This document shows positions 12,232-25,184 of a DNA stretch of 64,000 bases, piece by piece; positions within the stretch are counted from its first letter, which is position 1, and each line of letters begins with the position of its first letter. The stretch is from positions 3,185,779-3,249,778 of the forward strand of contig MU058718.1 in NCBI GenBank assembly GCA_013265495.1, in the 5' to 3' direction. The notes under the pieces are model-generated. The model saw nothing but the letters and a program-made list of their open reading frames with translations. It was not told the origin of the DNA and did not search any database. The stretch is from Vicugna vicugna. Taxonomy: Eukaryota. The position numbers and the translations under genes were made by a program.

Positions 12232-13115
12232 CTGGAGGCAGGGAGTATCAGAAAGCAATAAATAACCTAACTTATTGTAACCATTTACCTTAAATCAAGT
12301 TTAAACAAAAGAATGACTTTCCTAGAAGTAAGGCCAACACGAAAGAGCTGAACAAGCAAATACCATTAGAGGATGCAATCAGGAAAGAATTCAAACTTAC
12401 AAGCAATCAGAATTACAACTAAAACAAGGCATCTTATCCTATTATCAAAGTTATATCTGCTCACCGTACCCTGCCCAACACATGCATGCATGCATGTGTG
12501 TATCCTTTGGGGAATAATTTGTCAGTATATACCAAATGCTAAATAAATGTGCATGCCCTTTGACCCTTAGTTCAACTTCCAAAAAAAGAAAAATACTAAA
12601 TATGGAAAAGTTTCATCCTTAAATATGTTAAATATTATTATTTTTAACAGCAAAAAAATGGAAACAAGAAACTAAGGTCTAGCTAGAGGAAAATAATGAA
12701 ATTAATTATAGTATACTTATTTGATAAATTGTTGTGTAATAATTAAGACACAGTTGTGGATACTATATGGGCAACTAAAACTTATTAATAATTTTATATT
12801 AAAGAGCAGGTCTGATATAGTATATATGGGATATTCAAAACTATATAAAAAGAAATATATTTTTAAAAGTCTGAAAGAAATATTCCAAATTGTTTACAGT
12901 GATTTACTGAACTGTAGTGTAACTACTTCTAGGCATTTTTTTTTAATGTGGCTGTATTTTTCTAATTTTACAGTTTCTAAATGAAGCAAATCTAGAAAAC
13001 TATAATAGTGAATATTCATATTCCAAGAAAGCAAATTTTGATACTAATATACAGCCAACTAGAATTTTTTAAAAAAATACCTGCTAGAAAAATTTAATCC
13101 AATCACTGATCATAC

Positions 13116-13258
13116 CTAGGATAAGTCCTAAGGGAACTATCATAGCAGGGAATATAATATTCGAGTACATGGTGTTTTAGAAGTTGCGCACTGAGAAAAC
13201 AGTTTAAAATGTTCGGCAGTGCAGTTCCTCGGTGTGATAATAAGCTATTCAGCATAGA
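13116..13258 (-). pseudogene. Candidate 143-nt open exon, SMLNSLLSHRGTALPNILNCFLSAQLLKHHVLEYYIPCYDSSLRTYP (phase 0 to 2)
   Basis: Acceptor ctaattacccag|TCT; donor CCTAG|gtatga; only frame 0 open; local CpG retention. Confidence 0.55.
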
Positions 13259-14803
13259 CTGGGTAATTAGATTATTTTCTTAAGGCAAATGTTACTGTTA
13301 ATTTTTTTTTCTGAGAGAAAGTAAACATACTACACAGTGTTATAAATATTAAACACCTACTCTTTTACATATTGTTCCTCTTTTATCAGCCTCCATTCCT
13401 GTGCATGAGAAACTTTGAAAACAATTACCCAATGTATAACAAATTCCTTGAGAAGGCCATTCTGAAAGAAATAAATGTTGTCCTGCTGTTATTGCTGTTA
13501 CCATTACTCTACATTGTAACTGAATTTTAACATTCTAAAGACAAACTTTGCCCTCGGCCACCACCACTCCATGAAAACTTTTCTCTAGAATGTCATTCCT
13601 TACCTCCCTTTGCCAAATGCACTGAATGGTCTTTGTTTTCTCCCCGTTAGCCTGGAGTCCTCTGTCGCCTTTGGCACCATAAATAGCTTTTGAATTACTG
13701 CTGTATCCCAGGCATTGTTCTTCGTGCTTTCAAGCGTGATCTCACTTAATCCTCACCACAATCCTCTGAGCACATACTTTTAACAGCCCCATTTATACAC
13801 AATGGGGAAATGGAGGCACACAGAGGCTGAGTTGCCAAAGATAATATGGAATCTAAATTTGAACTCAGCCAGTCCTGCTTGAAAATCTTTTCTCTTGTTC
13901 ACCAAATCCAAGTCATCATTTCCAAGCTGCTGTGCTGCCTGGAGTGACCTCCTGTTGCATCACTTCTTCTGTGTCCTTTGCTTCCTTCACACGCTTCCTC
14001 TCATTTGCCTCAACTGATGAATAAGCCCAGGACCTATTCCCCCTCTGCCCAAAGATTTCTCCTCCTGGACTGAAAGATCACTTCATGATACTGAGAGCTC
14101 AGCCTGTGACTGGGAGAGTCCATGTTAAATACTTGCCTCATGTTTAATAAATGGCATTATTACTGTTTTATTAAGCGAAAATTATGCTGTACATGAAAAT
14201 ATGCTTTGATACATTTTTTATTTGATTCTCAAACTCTACATGTTCAAGATCAAGTTAATTAAATTTCTCTCCAACAATTTTTGGCCTCTCTGCTCTTTCA
14301 GGGCACTGTCATCCCCCTGGGCTCAAAATCCTAGGCATCTTTAACTTCTCCTTCTTCCTTAGTCTCCACGTTGATCTGTTGCCTGATCCTATAGGATCTA
14401 CTTCCACCATGCTTTTGAGCTTTTTTTGTCCTTTCCATTTTCCTTGCAGTTAAAGCACACTCCAAGAATATCATCATTCTCATTCAAAAACCTTCAATGG
14501 CTCCCTACTACCTATCAAATTAAGTGCAACCTCCTGAACCAAACATTAAGATTTCTTCATAATATGTCTTCACCTTATCCTTCAGCATCCACTTAAATTA
14601 ACTGACTATGTGTGTCCTACACCCATTCACATTAGACAGCATTTATGCCTCATCTTAAGCAAAGGAGACCACTGCAGGATTTCAGACAGATTCAGTCACA
14701 AGCATTTTGTCTTATAAGTGTCAGACTCTTCTTAATGGGTAACTTTACAGTAATTTGGCCCCAAAAGTCCTTATAACATCTTGCAGATACCAGGTTAGAT
14801 TAC

Positions 14804-15088
14804 TTCATCTCGTAAAAATAGTAGATCATGTAAGTGCTCTCCACAGTTACGTTTACAAAACAATCCCCACATTTTAACACACAAAGCTTCCATTTCATGT
14901 AGCAGTCGAAAAGGAAAAGAGGTAGAGTACTGTTGGGCTATTGAAACTGTGAAAAATCCACTTTAAGTGTTCTCCCTTGTCCTCACAAAAGAGTGTAGTT
15001 TCCAAATAAGAAGTCAGTGTGAGTCAGAAGGGCTGTAGTCATGACATCCGGCGCTATAAACAGGGTTACCCTGAATGATGGAAGCCGC
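14804..15088 (-). pseudogene. Candidate exon: open 14804-14929 (YSTSFPFRLLHEMEALCVKMWGLFCKRNCGEHLHDLLFLRDE), possibly extending up to an acceptor at 15088 with two stops
   Basis: Acceptors cccaacag|TAC (14929) and ctcgctactcctag|GCG (15088) share a frame; donor GAA|gtaatc. Confidence 0.45.
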
Positions 15089-15275
15089 CTAGGAGTAGCG
15101 AGGCAGGTAGCAGATTTTTTCCCGGGTTTTGATTTGATTCAGAACTTACTCATATGAGTCATCTTTAAACCTAATTTTGGTAGTATTATTTAAACTGTAC
15201 ATTTTTAGAGAAGTAAAAATTACCATGTTCTCTACGGTAAACCTGATAGTTTTGCCACGCAATCAAGGCACTGAC

Positions 15276-15291
15276 GTGCCCCCTGGTGGCC
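15276..15291 (-). promoter_or_regulatory. CTCF binding motif
   Basis: Minus strand reads GGCCACCAGGGGGCAC, near-consensus CTCF core (CCACCAGGGGGCGC); unique sequence with retained CpGs. Confidence 0.7.
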
Positions 15292-16354
15292 GCCTATCAT
15301 TATTGCAGGTTCATCCTCCGTTAAGGGCTCTCCAACTTCATTCCTTCCTGAGTTCTAGAGAGACGCTCTTGCCTACACCATGCTATTAAGGGGATCATTA
15401 GTTCTAATCTTTCACTCATCTTTTAAAAATTCCCGACCACCTAGCCAATGCGCGATGTTTATTCCTTTAGGGATAAAGTGCTGTGAGAGAGAGAAGCTAT
15501 GTGTCATTTACACCTTGATGTAAACAGGTCACTCCATAGTGTGAGTAAGTTCATGGCTCTTTGCTGAGAAGGGTTTTGACAGCAGAGACACACTCCAGGG
15601 TCTTCAGAAGAGAAGGGCACAAAACAGAGAGGCTAGATGGGCCAAAGATCAATTTTGTTCGTCTCAGTGTTTTCTTTTTTAAAACTCTAGTCAGCTCTGG
15701 GAAGAAGTAGCTTTGGTGGAAACACATTTTGGTGAAAAGAGAAGAGGCTTTAACACAGAGGCACTTGGACAGGTAGGGTGACCATCCTTCCTGAGTGCCT
15801 CTGCCCTTCACTGTCAGTGTTAGGAAACTACTGTGATCTGTCCTGAGAAATGTGTTTAACCTAGTTCTCAGCACACGTCACTAACACTTTCTGCTTGTTT
15901 GCCTCAGGCTCACAAGAGCAACATGACCTGGTTACAGTTTAACATATGCCAATGGCAAAATGATTTCTCTAATGGTAAAAATCAGGTCCTAGGAATCCAA
16001 TCTAATATTAATACTAGGAAGACCTTTATTACATTCAGCAGCTGGTTGGGGAGATCAGTGAGTGAGGCCACTTTTCTAAGAAGAGAAGGAGGATTGGAAT
16101 AGGAATGCCAAGCCAGAGTCTTATCCCTCCAGGTCCCTGATTCTAGCACTGACTCAGCTATACAAATACCAAAATCCCAAAAGACGCTCATATTTAAAAC
16201 TTGTTGATTCCAGGAAAGAAAAAGAAAATGTAGCCAATGACTACATTCTTCCTTTTTCCTAGATCAAAATCAGTAGGAGGTCAACACTTCCCAGTATCAC
16301 AGGGGTTGAGAAATTCAGCACAATATTCATTTGTGTCCCTTAATATAGCATCAC

Positions 16355-16469
16355 CAAAGGACTGGTCTGTATCACTTCAATCCCAGACAACGTTTCCGTT
16401 TTTGGAAGAACGTCTGCAAAGTTTCTAAATTCCACCTCCCCGATGACTTCCACAGTGATCTTTAAGAGG
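16355..16469 (-). pseudogene. Candidate 115-nt open exon, LLKITVEVIGEVEFRNFADVLPKTETLSGIEVIQTSPL (phase 2 to 0)
   Basis: Acceptor tttacttcttgccaacag|C; donor TTG|gtgatg. Confidence 0.55.
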
Positions 16470-16616
16470 CTGTTGGCAAGAAGTAAATAATATAGAATTA
16501 CACCTCACTGTCTCTTGAACCACCTCTTCTTTGTTAAATGGACAATTGGTTTGTTTTCCAGAAGCAGAAATCTATCTTTCAGAGGCTGGCACTACAGCTT
16601 TTCCTTGAAGATGAAC

Positions 16617-16920
16617 TCACTGTCCAATAAGACAGCCATGAGCCACAGATGTCTACTGAGTTCTTGAAATGCTGCTAAAGTGCTGGAAGTGTAAAAGATA
16701 CACCAGATTTTGATGCTTTACTAAGAAAAAACAAAATACCTCATTATTAGTTTTTTTTAAAAAAAATACTGATTACATGCTAAAGGGATGATATTTTGGA
16801 TACACTGGGTTAAGTAAGATATTTTCCTAAAGTTAATTATACTTTGTTTCTTCTTTTTGAATTTGGCTACCAGATCATTTAAAATCGCATATGTGCCTTG
16901 CATTCATTTCTGCCAGTGAG
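16617..16920 (-). mobile_element. hAT-Charlie DNA transposon fossil (MER33-like)
   Basis: ctgtccaata ... gccacagatgtctactgagttcttgaaatg ... gtgtaaaagatacaccagattttga. Confidence 0.7.
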
Positions 16921-16934
16921 GCTCACCCTCTTGC

Positions 16935-17110
16935 TGCGTTAGAATCAGTCAGAGCTCCTGAATATTCCCAGATAACCAGCTCTCACCCTAGAGCACTTAA
17001 ATCAGAATATCAGGTTGGAGCTCAGCGTTGGGGGTTTTTCATTTGGTTGGTTTTTTGAAAGCTCTCAGGGTGATGCTAATATACAGCCAACATGAAGAGC
17101 TACTGCTCTA
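16935..17110. mobile_element. MER5-type hAT fossil (a second copy lies at about 17462-17580)
   Basis: ttagaatca ... aaatcagaat ... aaagctctcagggtgatgctaat; second copy cagtgcttctagacttg ... gatgctgattcagtcggtctg. Confidence 0.6.
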
Positions 17111-17286
17111 CATTCTAGAATATTCTATGATTCTAAGACTCTAATGAGGACTCATGCAGGTTAAAAGTTCAGAGTTGTTTTTTTCCTTATTCTGTATAAT
17201 CAGCTTTGTCTGTTCTGATCTGTTTCTCCCTAAAGAAACAATGAAATGTTTTTCAAGTCATGCAAGTTAGAACTTTGTTTTATTTT

Positions 17287-17436
17287 TTAATGAAACTCGT
17301 ATGAATCCAACACACTGCCAGGGCTGGAAAAAAACGTGCTGAACTTGGGGTTTGAAGGTTGATGAGTAACATGTAATCTTTCCTGGGGCTGCTTCTGACA
17401 CTTGCCTTTTTCTTCTTGGAAGCATGTGCTTTGTCC
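17287..17436 (-). pseudogene. Candidate exon, GQSTCFQEEKGKCQKQPQERLHVTHQPSNPKFSTFFSSPGSVLDSYEFH*, followed immediately by AATAAA (17279-17284)
   Basis: NAGNAG acceptor cttcttgttactagcag|GGA; phase 0 matches the 22033 donor; may be a terminal exon or use an internal donor. Confidence 0.45.
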
Positions 17437-18479
17437 CTGCTAGTAACAAGAAGTATGTTCACAGTGCTTCTAGACTTGACTGTGCCTACACATCACCTGG
17501 GCATCTGGTTCAAACACAGATGCTGATTCAGTCGGTCTGCGGGGCGGCCAAGCCCTGCATTTCTATCAAGTGTTCAGGCGAACATTAGGGCTTAGGGAAT
17601 TGGCCAAGACTCACCTGGGTGGGTGGGGCTTGTGCACAGCTGCCCAGCCACACACAAGTTGATAGCACACTGCTTTCTGTGATGTGCACAGAGCAGACTT
17701 CCCAATGATGTCTGCTAATTCATTGGTTTGTCCATTGAAGGATCATTACATGGGCACATGTTTCCTTTCTCTAGACATGTGAGCGGGATGATGTCTTCAT
17801 CATGCCCATTAGATGTAACTCCCCCGGGCATTTTTCCTTCCATCCTCGGGGCTGAGGAAAGAGCCTGTGGGCTGGAGAAGGGTCTTTGAGCGTGACTAAT
17901 TCCACGTTTCTCCAGACCTCCTTGCATCCAACAGGACTCAAAACTGAGTCCCAGGGAGTCCAAAAGTCTCCCTGCCCTCCAGCCCTCTAGACACCACTGT
18001 CTGCCTTGGCTCCCCCAAGACTAATCACACCATGCTTTTTATCCTTGTCTGTTTCACTGGCCACAAGAAGCCCAGGCTTCCAGGTCACCCCACTTCTCAC
18101 ATTCTTTACTTCCCATAGGGCTCCGCCCATCCTCATGCTCTCTCCAGCTTCCAATCATAAGACCCTTAGACTGCAAGACCCCCCAGCATGCCATGTGCCC
18201 TCTGGATTCCCAGTCCTTCAGCCACATCTCTTCCATCCTCAGCCTCTTCTCTGAATGTTCCTTCCACCTGAGGCCCGTCCTGAGGGCCCTGCTCCCCTGC
18301 CGCCCTCCCAGGCAGCAGTGATGTTCCTCCCCTCCTTCTTCTGACCTATGGGCCTGGAGATGGAGTGGGGGTCTTCCTTGCCCCCCAGCACTGCCTCCGT
18401 ACCATTCTCCCTCATCCTTTGCTGAAACCCTCTGCTTTCTCTCTTGAGCCATCACCCATCACTCCTCTCTCCCCCAGAC

Positions 18480-21400
18480 GCTATGACCTACTGCACCTGC
18501 ATGTTGTTTGATTACTTTAGCTCCTGGCTCACTGTCACTCTCTCCTGCACTATTTCTCTCCCTTTTCTTGGTGATCTCAACACACGCATAGTTAGAACAT
18601 CCAACAACCTGTCTTCTTAATCACCTGAACTCCTCTCCTCTGATCACGGTGTTTGACATCTCCCCTCAGCCACTCACTCCCATGAACAAACCCTCCTGGA
18701 TCAATAGTTTCAACATCTCTGATTTGGCCAAGGTGGGATCAATGCTTTATAAATATCACCAAATCTAACAAAGTAAACGCAATCTAAGCTTATTTCTGGC
18801 CCATGGTGCATCACCCCATTGGGGCTGGTTGGGCCCCAAGATGATTCAGGGACCCGGGATCCTTCTGACTTGAGGGACAGCCATTCCCCGGGGCCTCACA
18901 GTCCTGTGGCTGGATTTTCTGTATCCAGCTGGCAAACAGAATAGAGGGAGGATCGGGGATCGTGTGAGAGGATTTTTTTGTGGGCCAGGTCTAGAAACAG
19001 GGCACAGACCTCCCACTCACACTCCATTTGCCAGAACTAGTCACTGGCCACATCTAACTCTAAGGAGGAATAAAACGTATAGTCCAGCCACGTTGGTGGT
19101 GAACAATGACCACACCATCCAATACTCTTGCATCCGTCCCAGTGTCTGACCCCTTACCTCCTAGCTCTCCAGTTTCCTCCACTTTGTGCACCAACTACAA
19201 CAAGGCTTCAGCCTCTGGGACTGCCAACCATTAACTCCATCCTCTTCCATGGTCCTTGTCTTCTTCTCTTTTCTGCCTCTTGAAATTACCTGGTCAATTA
19301 TCTTAATGACTCCCTTGCCCCTCGAGCTTTGTCACTTGGCAAAACCTCCACCCTACTTAAATCCAGCAAACTGTGCCTGCACCCGAACAGCTAAACACTC
19401 CAGGGGAGAACCCAAAGCCGCATTCACGGGTCCACTGCAGGTTCATGATGACGGGCATCCGAGAGGGGCTTCTGCTGCCAGGCAGCCGTGTCTGTTTTCC
19501 ATGCTCCTAACCGATCTGTAATACCTTATCCACTCTCCTCAGGCCTTTGGTATTTCCCTGCCACCCTCACTTTCAGATGATGGCCTTGCTTCCTATTTCA
19601 CTGAGAAAAGTGAAGCCATCAGAAAAGAAATCCAGAGACTCACCCCACCCTCCCCTCTCTGGCACTGGCACCTGTGTGCCCTGCCCTCCTCCTGACACCA
19701 TAGGTGCCCATCTAATGCCAGCCTCCCCCTGTACCCTAGGTCAGTTCTGTCCCAGCTACTCGAGAACAGGGCTCCACCAATGCCCCTCTCTTTCCAGCAT
19801 CAAGAACCCCTCCTTTACTCATTCAGTTCTCATCATCACTTAAAAATGCTATAATTAATACTGACCCAGTTCCCTGGACTCTGTAATCAATAGAAATTGA
19901 TAAGAGGCCAGACAAGAAATTCAGGCAAAGCTTTACTGGGACTTGTGCTGCAGCAGGAGGGAATGAAAACAAGTAACAGATGCCTTTGCTCACTCCCTGA
20001 AGGGGCGTTGAGCTGGTCCCTTAAATGGGGTGAGGGTAGGGGCAGATCAGTGGGTGGGGCCGGACGGGTGGCTGAGGTGGTCTGCCCGCCCCCTTGGTGG
20101 TGCTGTGTGCAGGGATCAATCACACAGAGTACATTTGCTCCCGACAACTCAGAAGTGGCAGTTGAGTTTTTGGTCTTTTTGTATCTTGTTCATACTTTGC
20201 ACCAACTGCACATGCATGCAGTTATTTCCGGTCCCTTATAGTTTCTTTGTATTCTGTCTCTGGAGGAGACAGTTGTCCGGGTGCAAGCACTGCAGTAAAG
20301 GGCCCCAGTTTCCAGATCCCAGCCTGTTACATTATCACTTCCGTTAGAAAAAAAAAGTCTCTTGCCCCCTAATCCCCCTGCTAGCTACTTCCCACCCCTC
20401 TATTCTGTCTCCAGTTCCTCCCCTCCCCTTCTCTCTTAAACTCATCCGAGCTGGCGTTCACCCTCTACACCAAACTGTTTTTTTCAGGGTAACAAGGGCC
20501 TCCCCATTACTGAACCCACCCGTAGCTTCTCAGCCCTCCTCTAACCTGACCCTCCAGCAGCATTTGGCCTGGTTCCTCTCACCCCCTTCCTCACCATGCT
20601 CGCTTCCCTCGGCTCCCAGGGCACCACACTCTCCTGCTTCCCCTCCCACTTCAGGGGTTCCTCTTTAGCCTCCTTTGCTGGTTCCTCCAGACCTCTTGGG
20701 GAGCCCGGGGCTCAGTCCTTGCGCTTGTCCCGTTCTTCCTCTGCACTCCCTGGTGAGCTCACGCAATCCCTGGCTTTAAACACCATCTCCACCCTGATGG
20801 CTCCCCATGTGCCCTCCACCCCAGGGGCTTCTCTTAACTCCAGACCCTGAGGTCAATCAACGCCTCCTGTATATCTCCACTTGGGGGTCGGACTCAAATG
20901 ACCAAAAGCAAACTTAAGTATTCCTTCCCCAAATGTCTTCACCCACAATCCCCACCACCACCCCCTGCCCTGTATCTTGAAAGCAATTCTATCCTTTCCA
21001 TTGCTCAGGCAAAACCAAAAAAACAAACCAACCAACAAAACAAAACAAAAATCCTTGGAGCCGGTAATTTCACTTTTTCTCTTATACACACTTCAACCTA
21101 TCAGGAAATCCTCCTGAATTTTCCCCAAAACATATCCACTTCTCACCATTTCCACTCCTGCCATCCTAGTCCAACCCACGGAGAGCCTCCCCTGGGTTCC
21201 TGCAGGAGCCCCCTCTTTTGCAGCCCTTACAATCAATTCTCAATGCTGCAACCAGAGTGATCCTGTTATTATACAGGTCCAAACCCCTTCTGCTCTTGAT
21301 CCCCCAGTGGCATTCTATCTCACTCTATGTAAAAGCCAAAGTCCTGAAATATCCTATAAGACCTGATATAATCTGGTCATTTTCTCTTCCACCTCATCCC

Positions 21401-21797
21401 CTATTAACCAGCCTCTCTCAGTTCACTGAGACCACCCTGCCTCTTTGCTGTTTCTCAGACACACTCTGGGAGCCTCAGGGCCTTTGCACTGGCTGGTCCT
21501 TCTGCCTAGAATGTTCTTGCCCAAGATAAACACATAGTAAAACTCCTGCTCCTTCTTCCAGTATCTGTTCAATGAATCTCCTTAACTATCTTATAAAAAA
21601 TACTCTTATATAGCATTTTATCACATTCTAACATTTTATGATTTACTTACTATATTTATTTTTTTTATTGCCTATCTCTCCCCATTAGAATGTAAGTTCC
21701 AAGGTCGTAAGGATTTTTATCTGGTTCTTAATTTTTTTTTCACGGACACATCCCAAAACCCTAGAGCAGTACTCAATAAATTATTTGTTGAATGAAA
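18480..21797 (+). mobile_element. Long L2 LINE interrupted by an MLT1 LTR (about 18700-19115) and an ERV LTR
   Basis: C/T-rich L2 body; canonical L2 3' end tagaatgtaagttcc ... actcaataaattatttgttgaatgaa; start approximate. Confidence 0.8.
19856..20331 (-). mobile_element. ERV solo LTR (ERV1-like) nested in L2
   Basis: Ends ...ctgttaca (minus strand tgtaacag); AGTAAA-type poly-A signal on the minus strand; L2 resumes afterwards. Confidence 0.6.
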
Positions 21798-22032
21798 TTA
21801 TATCTCTGTGGTCCTGAGCCCAATGTCATGTACCCAGTAGGCACTTGGTAAATTTTCATTGCACAAATAAATGAAACCACTCTACAACTTTTATTTTAAA
21901 ATGAGTGTGCTATGAGAATGTCTAAAGTTCTCTAGCAGAAAATCATTTTTAAAACAGCTAAACTAGAAAAGCATATGTAAGAAACATTTCCTGCAGATGA
22001 AGTACTGGCAATACCATCTCTCACACCTTCAC

Positions 22033-22107
22033 CTTTGCTGCTCCAGACATTTCAAGCTGACTAATTAGCACCAAGACTTCAGTCTTGTAGCTTTCATCCA
22101 GTGTTTG
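22033..22107 (-). pseudogene. Candidate 75-nt open exon, QTLDESYKTEVLVLISQLEMSGAAK (phase 0 to 0)
   Basis: Acceptor acattgattccag|CAA; donor AAAG|gtgaag. Confidence 0.6.
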
Positions 22108-22170
22108 CTGGAATCAATGTCCAATGTGAACGCTGTCAACTTTTACTTGTTTTTCATGCCTCTGCTTCCC

Positions 22171-22210
22171 CAAGCACCCCATGACTGAGTCAAGCACCCC
22201 ATGACTGAGT
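22171..22210 (+). repeat. Perfect 20-nt tandem duplication, (caagcaccccatgactgagt)x2
   Basis: Read directly from the sequence. Confidence 0.95.
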
Positions 22211-23250
22211 CCACTTCGCCCACACTCAATAACAAAGAAGAAAAAGGAGAAAAGGATGAGAAAGATGAGAAGGTGGTGACAGTGGAGGAGTTGAACGAAA
22301 AAGCTACCATCTCTTGTTGCCTTAGTATATCAATCCAGTGCCACTCAACTCATCCTGAGTTTTGTGATCATCTGTAAGCTGTCTAAAATCACAGATGCTT
22401 GGAAGCCATGCCGGAATTAACAGGTTGGAATTTCCAACAACCAGGCCCAGGTGTGTGTGCCTTGTTACAACTCTCCATAGACTATTCTGATGTGTGTCCA
22501 GGTGTGAGCAACACTGGACAAGGCACTTCACGTTATCTCGTTTCATCTTCAAAATGGCCACAGAAGGTGCGTATTTTGATTTTCATTTGATAGACAATGA
22601 AGCCAAGTCTCTGAGGAGTTGAGCACTTGCCCAAGGTCACACGGTCATAAGGTGACAAAACCAAAGTTCAAAATCAAACCTTGTCTGCAAGTACAGGCCA
22701 CCTCAAATCCTAAAGCAGCCTGATGCAGGTGGGCCGTGCTGGCACCCCTTGGTGGCATGTAGTCGTCAGTCACTTGAAATCTGAGAAATGCCTGTCGGAG
22801 TCAGCATTGCAAGGACCGCCCACTGGGCACCCTTCAAGCCCAGCATTCCTGTTTAGCACCCTCAGGTCCCAGTCCCTGGCTTTGGCCTCAGCCCCAGTTC
22901 CTAAGTCCTGCCTTCCAGTCCACGCTGACCAAGCTATAGGGGGATCCCCCTCTCTGTCGTAAAACTGCACATATCCTTAAGGCTGTGAGCATCCCTGCCT
23001 TGGACTCCCCATCTCTATCTCCTGCTCTGTCTTCTCAGTGAGATTCTGATCCTTCACCTTGTGGAACTATCCACTCAACTCCCAGCCCGAGGCTGTGCCT
23101 GTTATCCACTTGTTTATCCATTCATCCACAAAGTATTCTTGGAGCGCCCGCCCACCAAGAACGAGAAACCAGTAAGCCCAACAGTCCTGGGAATGTCACG
23201 GAAGTTATGGCAGAGACAACGTGAGAGTGAACCCCCTTCTGTTCTTGTAC

Positions 23251-23324
23251 CTGTGTCTCATCGTTTGTTGTAATGGCCATTTGCTCCTCCATCTTTTCAA
23301 CAAATAGAACACACAGTACGTGTT
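23251..23324 (-). pseudogene. Candidate 74-nt open exon, (E)HVLCVLFVEKMEEQMAITTNDETQ (phase 1 to 0)
   Basis: Acceptor ccttcctgtctcccttcag|AA; donor ACAG|gtacaa. Confidence 0.6.
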
Positions 23325-24687
23325 CTGAAGGGAGACAGGAAGGTTGAACAAGCAGGGATAGAGAAATTGACCCAGAAAGGCTGATCCCGAAAGCTTTGCA
23401 GCAATGAACTCGCCTACACTGTGACCACAGGATGGAAGGTGCCAGGTATGGGAACAAGGACAGGAAGGACATCAGAGGGAGAAGGGACAGGGTGAGCAGC
23501 TCTGCTGGGCAGGACGGCGCTCCAAGGGGCAGCAGGCTGGTCGGCAGGCGTCAGGCTGGGGTTGGCGTGTGGCTTTCTGAAGGGAGAAAAAGAGCACTGG
23601 ACACCCACGCCAAGAGATGCGTTTAGACTGACTGACTCCTACAAAGCCGTGACTACCGAAACCGGGCAGCAGGGGAGAAGCAAGGTGGAAGGGAGGCAGA
23701 AACCAAGCCATGGACCACCTCAGACTCTCCATGAAAAAAAGCCTTGAACAGGGCTTTCTCACTAATGTCCCGCAAGCTGTTTCATTCATCTTTCAACAAA
23801 TGTCTGTCATCTGCCTGTGGGGTGGCACACACTGTTCTAGACACTGGGCAGCCAGGGGCAAGAAGAAAAACCCCGTTCCCTCCTCTCTCACCATGAAACA
23901 GATGCTGACTCTGCCCCCCTGGGATCCTTCCTTTCCTGCCTTGCCATGCTCCTCCTTTGGGGTCTTTAAATACAGAATGGGGAGCAGAGGAGCGAAGGAC
24001 AAGAGGCACAGACTAGGGCAAGGGGATGGTGTCCCCACCCCCACCCTACTGGGCATTTTTAAGAAAAAGACAGCGCTGCAGGGTGTGAGGAAAACTAAGA
24101 GGGGAGAAAGGCAAGTCTGAAGAAGTAGGAAGAAATAATACAGCTAACTGAGCTCTTACTACGTGGCTGGGAATATTTTAAACGTTCATGTGTACCATCT
24201 CACTTCAACCTCGTGATGACCCTGTGAAGCCCCAACTCTGATGACATCCCTTTTACAGATGATAAAACTGAGACGCAGCGACGCTGAGTAACTTACCCAG
24301 AGTTAACCAGCTGCTAAATGGGCAAACTGGGGCTCGGACCCAGTGGGGGTGGCTCCGGAGTCCATTCCCTTCCTCATTTCATTTACTGCATCTTGACACA
24401 AACCACTCTAGACTGTCAACGTCCGTTATAGCAACCGTAAAATGTAAATTTAAAGATTGTTATTCCTATTTCCTTCTCTTTCAACTTTTCCATTGCAAAA
24501 CAAAACTGATTCAGAAAAACCACACAAAGCAAATGCATAGCAGAATGAATCGGTTTGAGGAGAACATCTTAAGAACCACCATCCAGGTTAAGAAGGAGAA
24601 CTTGCCAGCCACCCCCAGAGCCCCTCCGTGTGTCCCAACCTGGTCAATGTGTCCTCTTCCTCGCAAGGGTATCTACTACCCTGACTT

Positions 24688-25042
24688 GTTTTAATTGAAG
24701 TATAGGTGATTTACAATATTCTATTAGTTTCCGGTGTATAGCATAGTGATTCAGTTATATAAATGTATATATATTCTTTTTCATATTCCTTTCATTATAG
24801 GTTATTACAAGATATTGAATGTAGTTCCCCATGCTATACAGTAGGATCTTGTTGTTTATCTAATTTATATACAGTAGTTTGTATCTGCTAATCCCAAACT
24901 CCCAATTTGTCCTTCCCCATCCCGCTTTCCCCTTTGGTAACCATAAATTTGTTTTCTATGTCTGTGAGCCTGTTTCTGTTTCGTAAAGTTCATTTGTATC
25001 ATTTCTTTAGATTCCACATATAACTGATATTGCATATTTGTC
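24688..25042 (-). mobile_element. 5'-truncated L1 3' end
   Basis: ttttaattgaagtataggtgatttacaat ... tttagattccacatata. Confidence 0.85.
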
Positions 25043-25062
25043 AACCACTATCCTGATTTTTT

Positions 25063-25184
25063 TTTTAAAAATTGGGGGGGATTATGTTTATTTATTTATT
25101 TTTTTTAGAGGAGGTACTGGGGATTGAACCCAGGACCTTGTGTTTGCTGAGCATGAGCTCTACCACTTGAGCTATACCCTCTGC
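25063..25184 (-). mobile_element. tRNA-derived SINE (camelid Vic-1 type)
   Basis: Minus strand gagggtatagctcaagtggtagagc ... gtcctgggttcaatccccagtacctcc (A-box and B-box) plus an A-rich tail. Confidence 0.8.

Noticed and set aside
25108..25181. tRNA-like sequence
   Set aside because: An A-rich tail and TSDs identify it as a SINE rather than a tRNA gene
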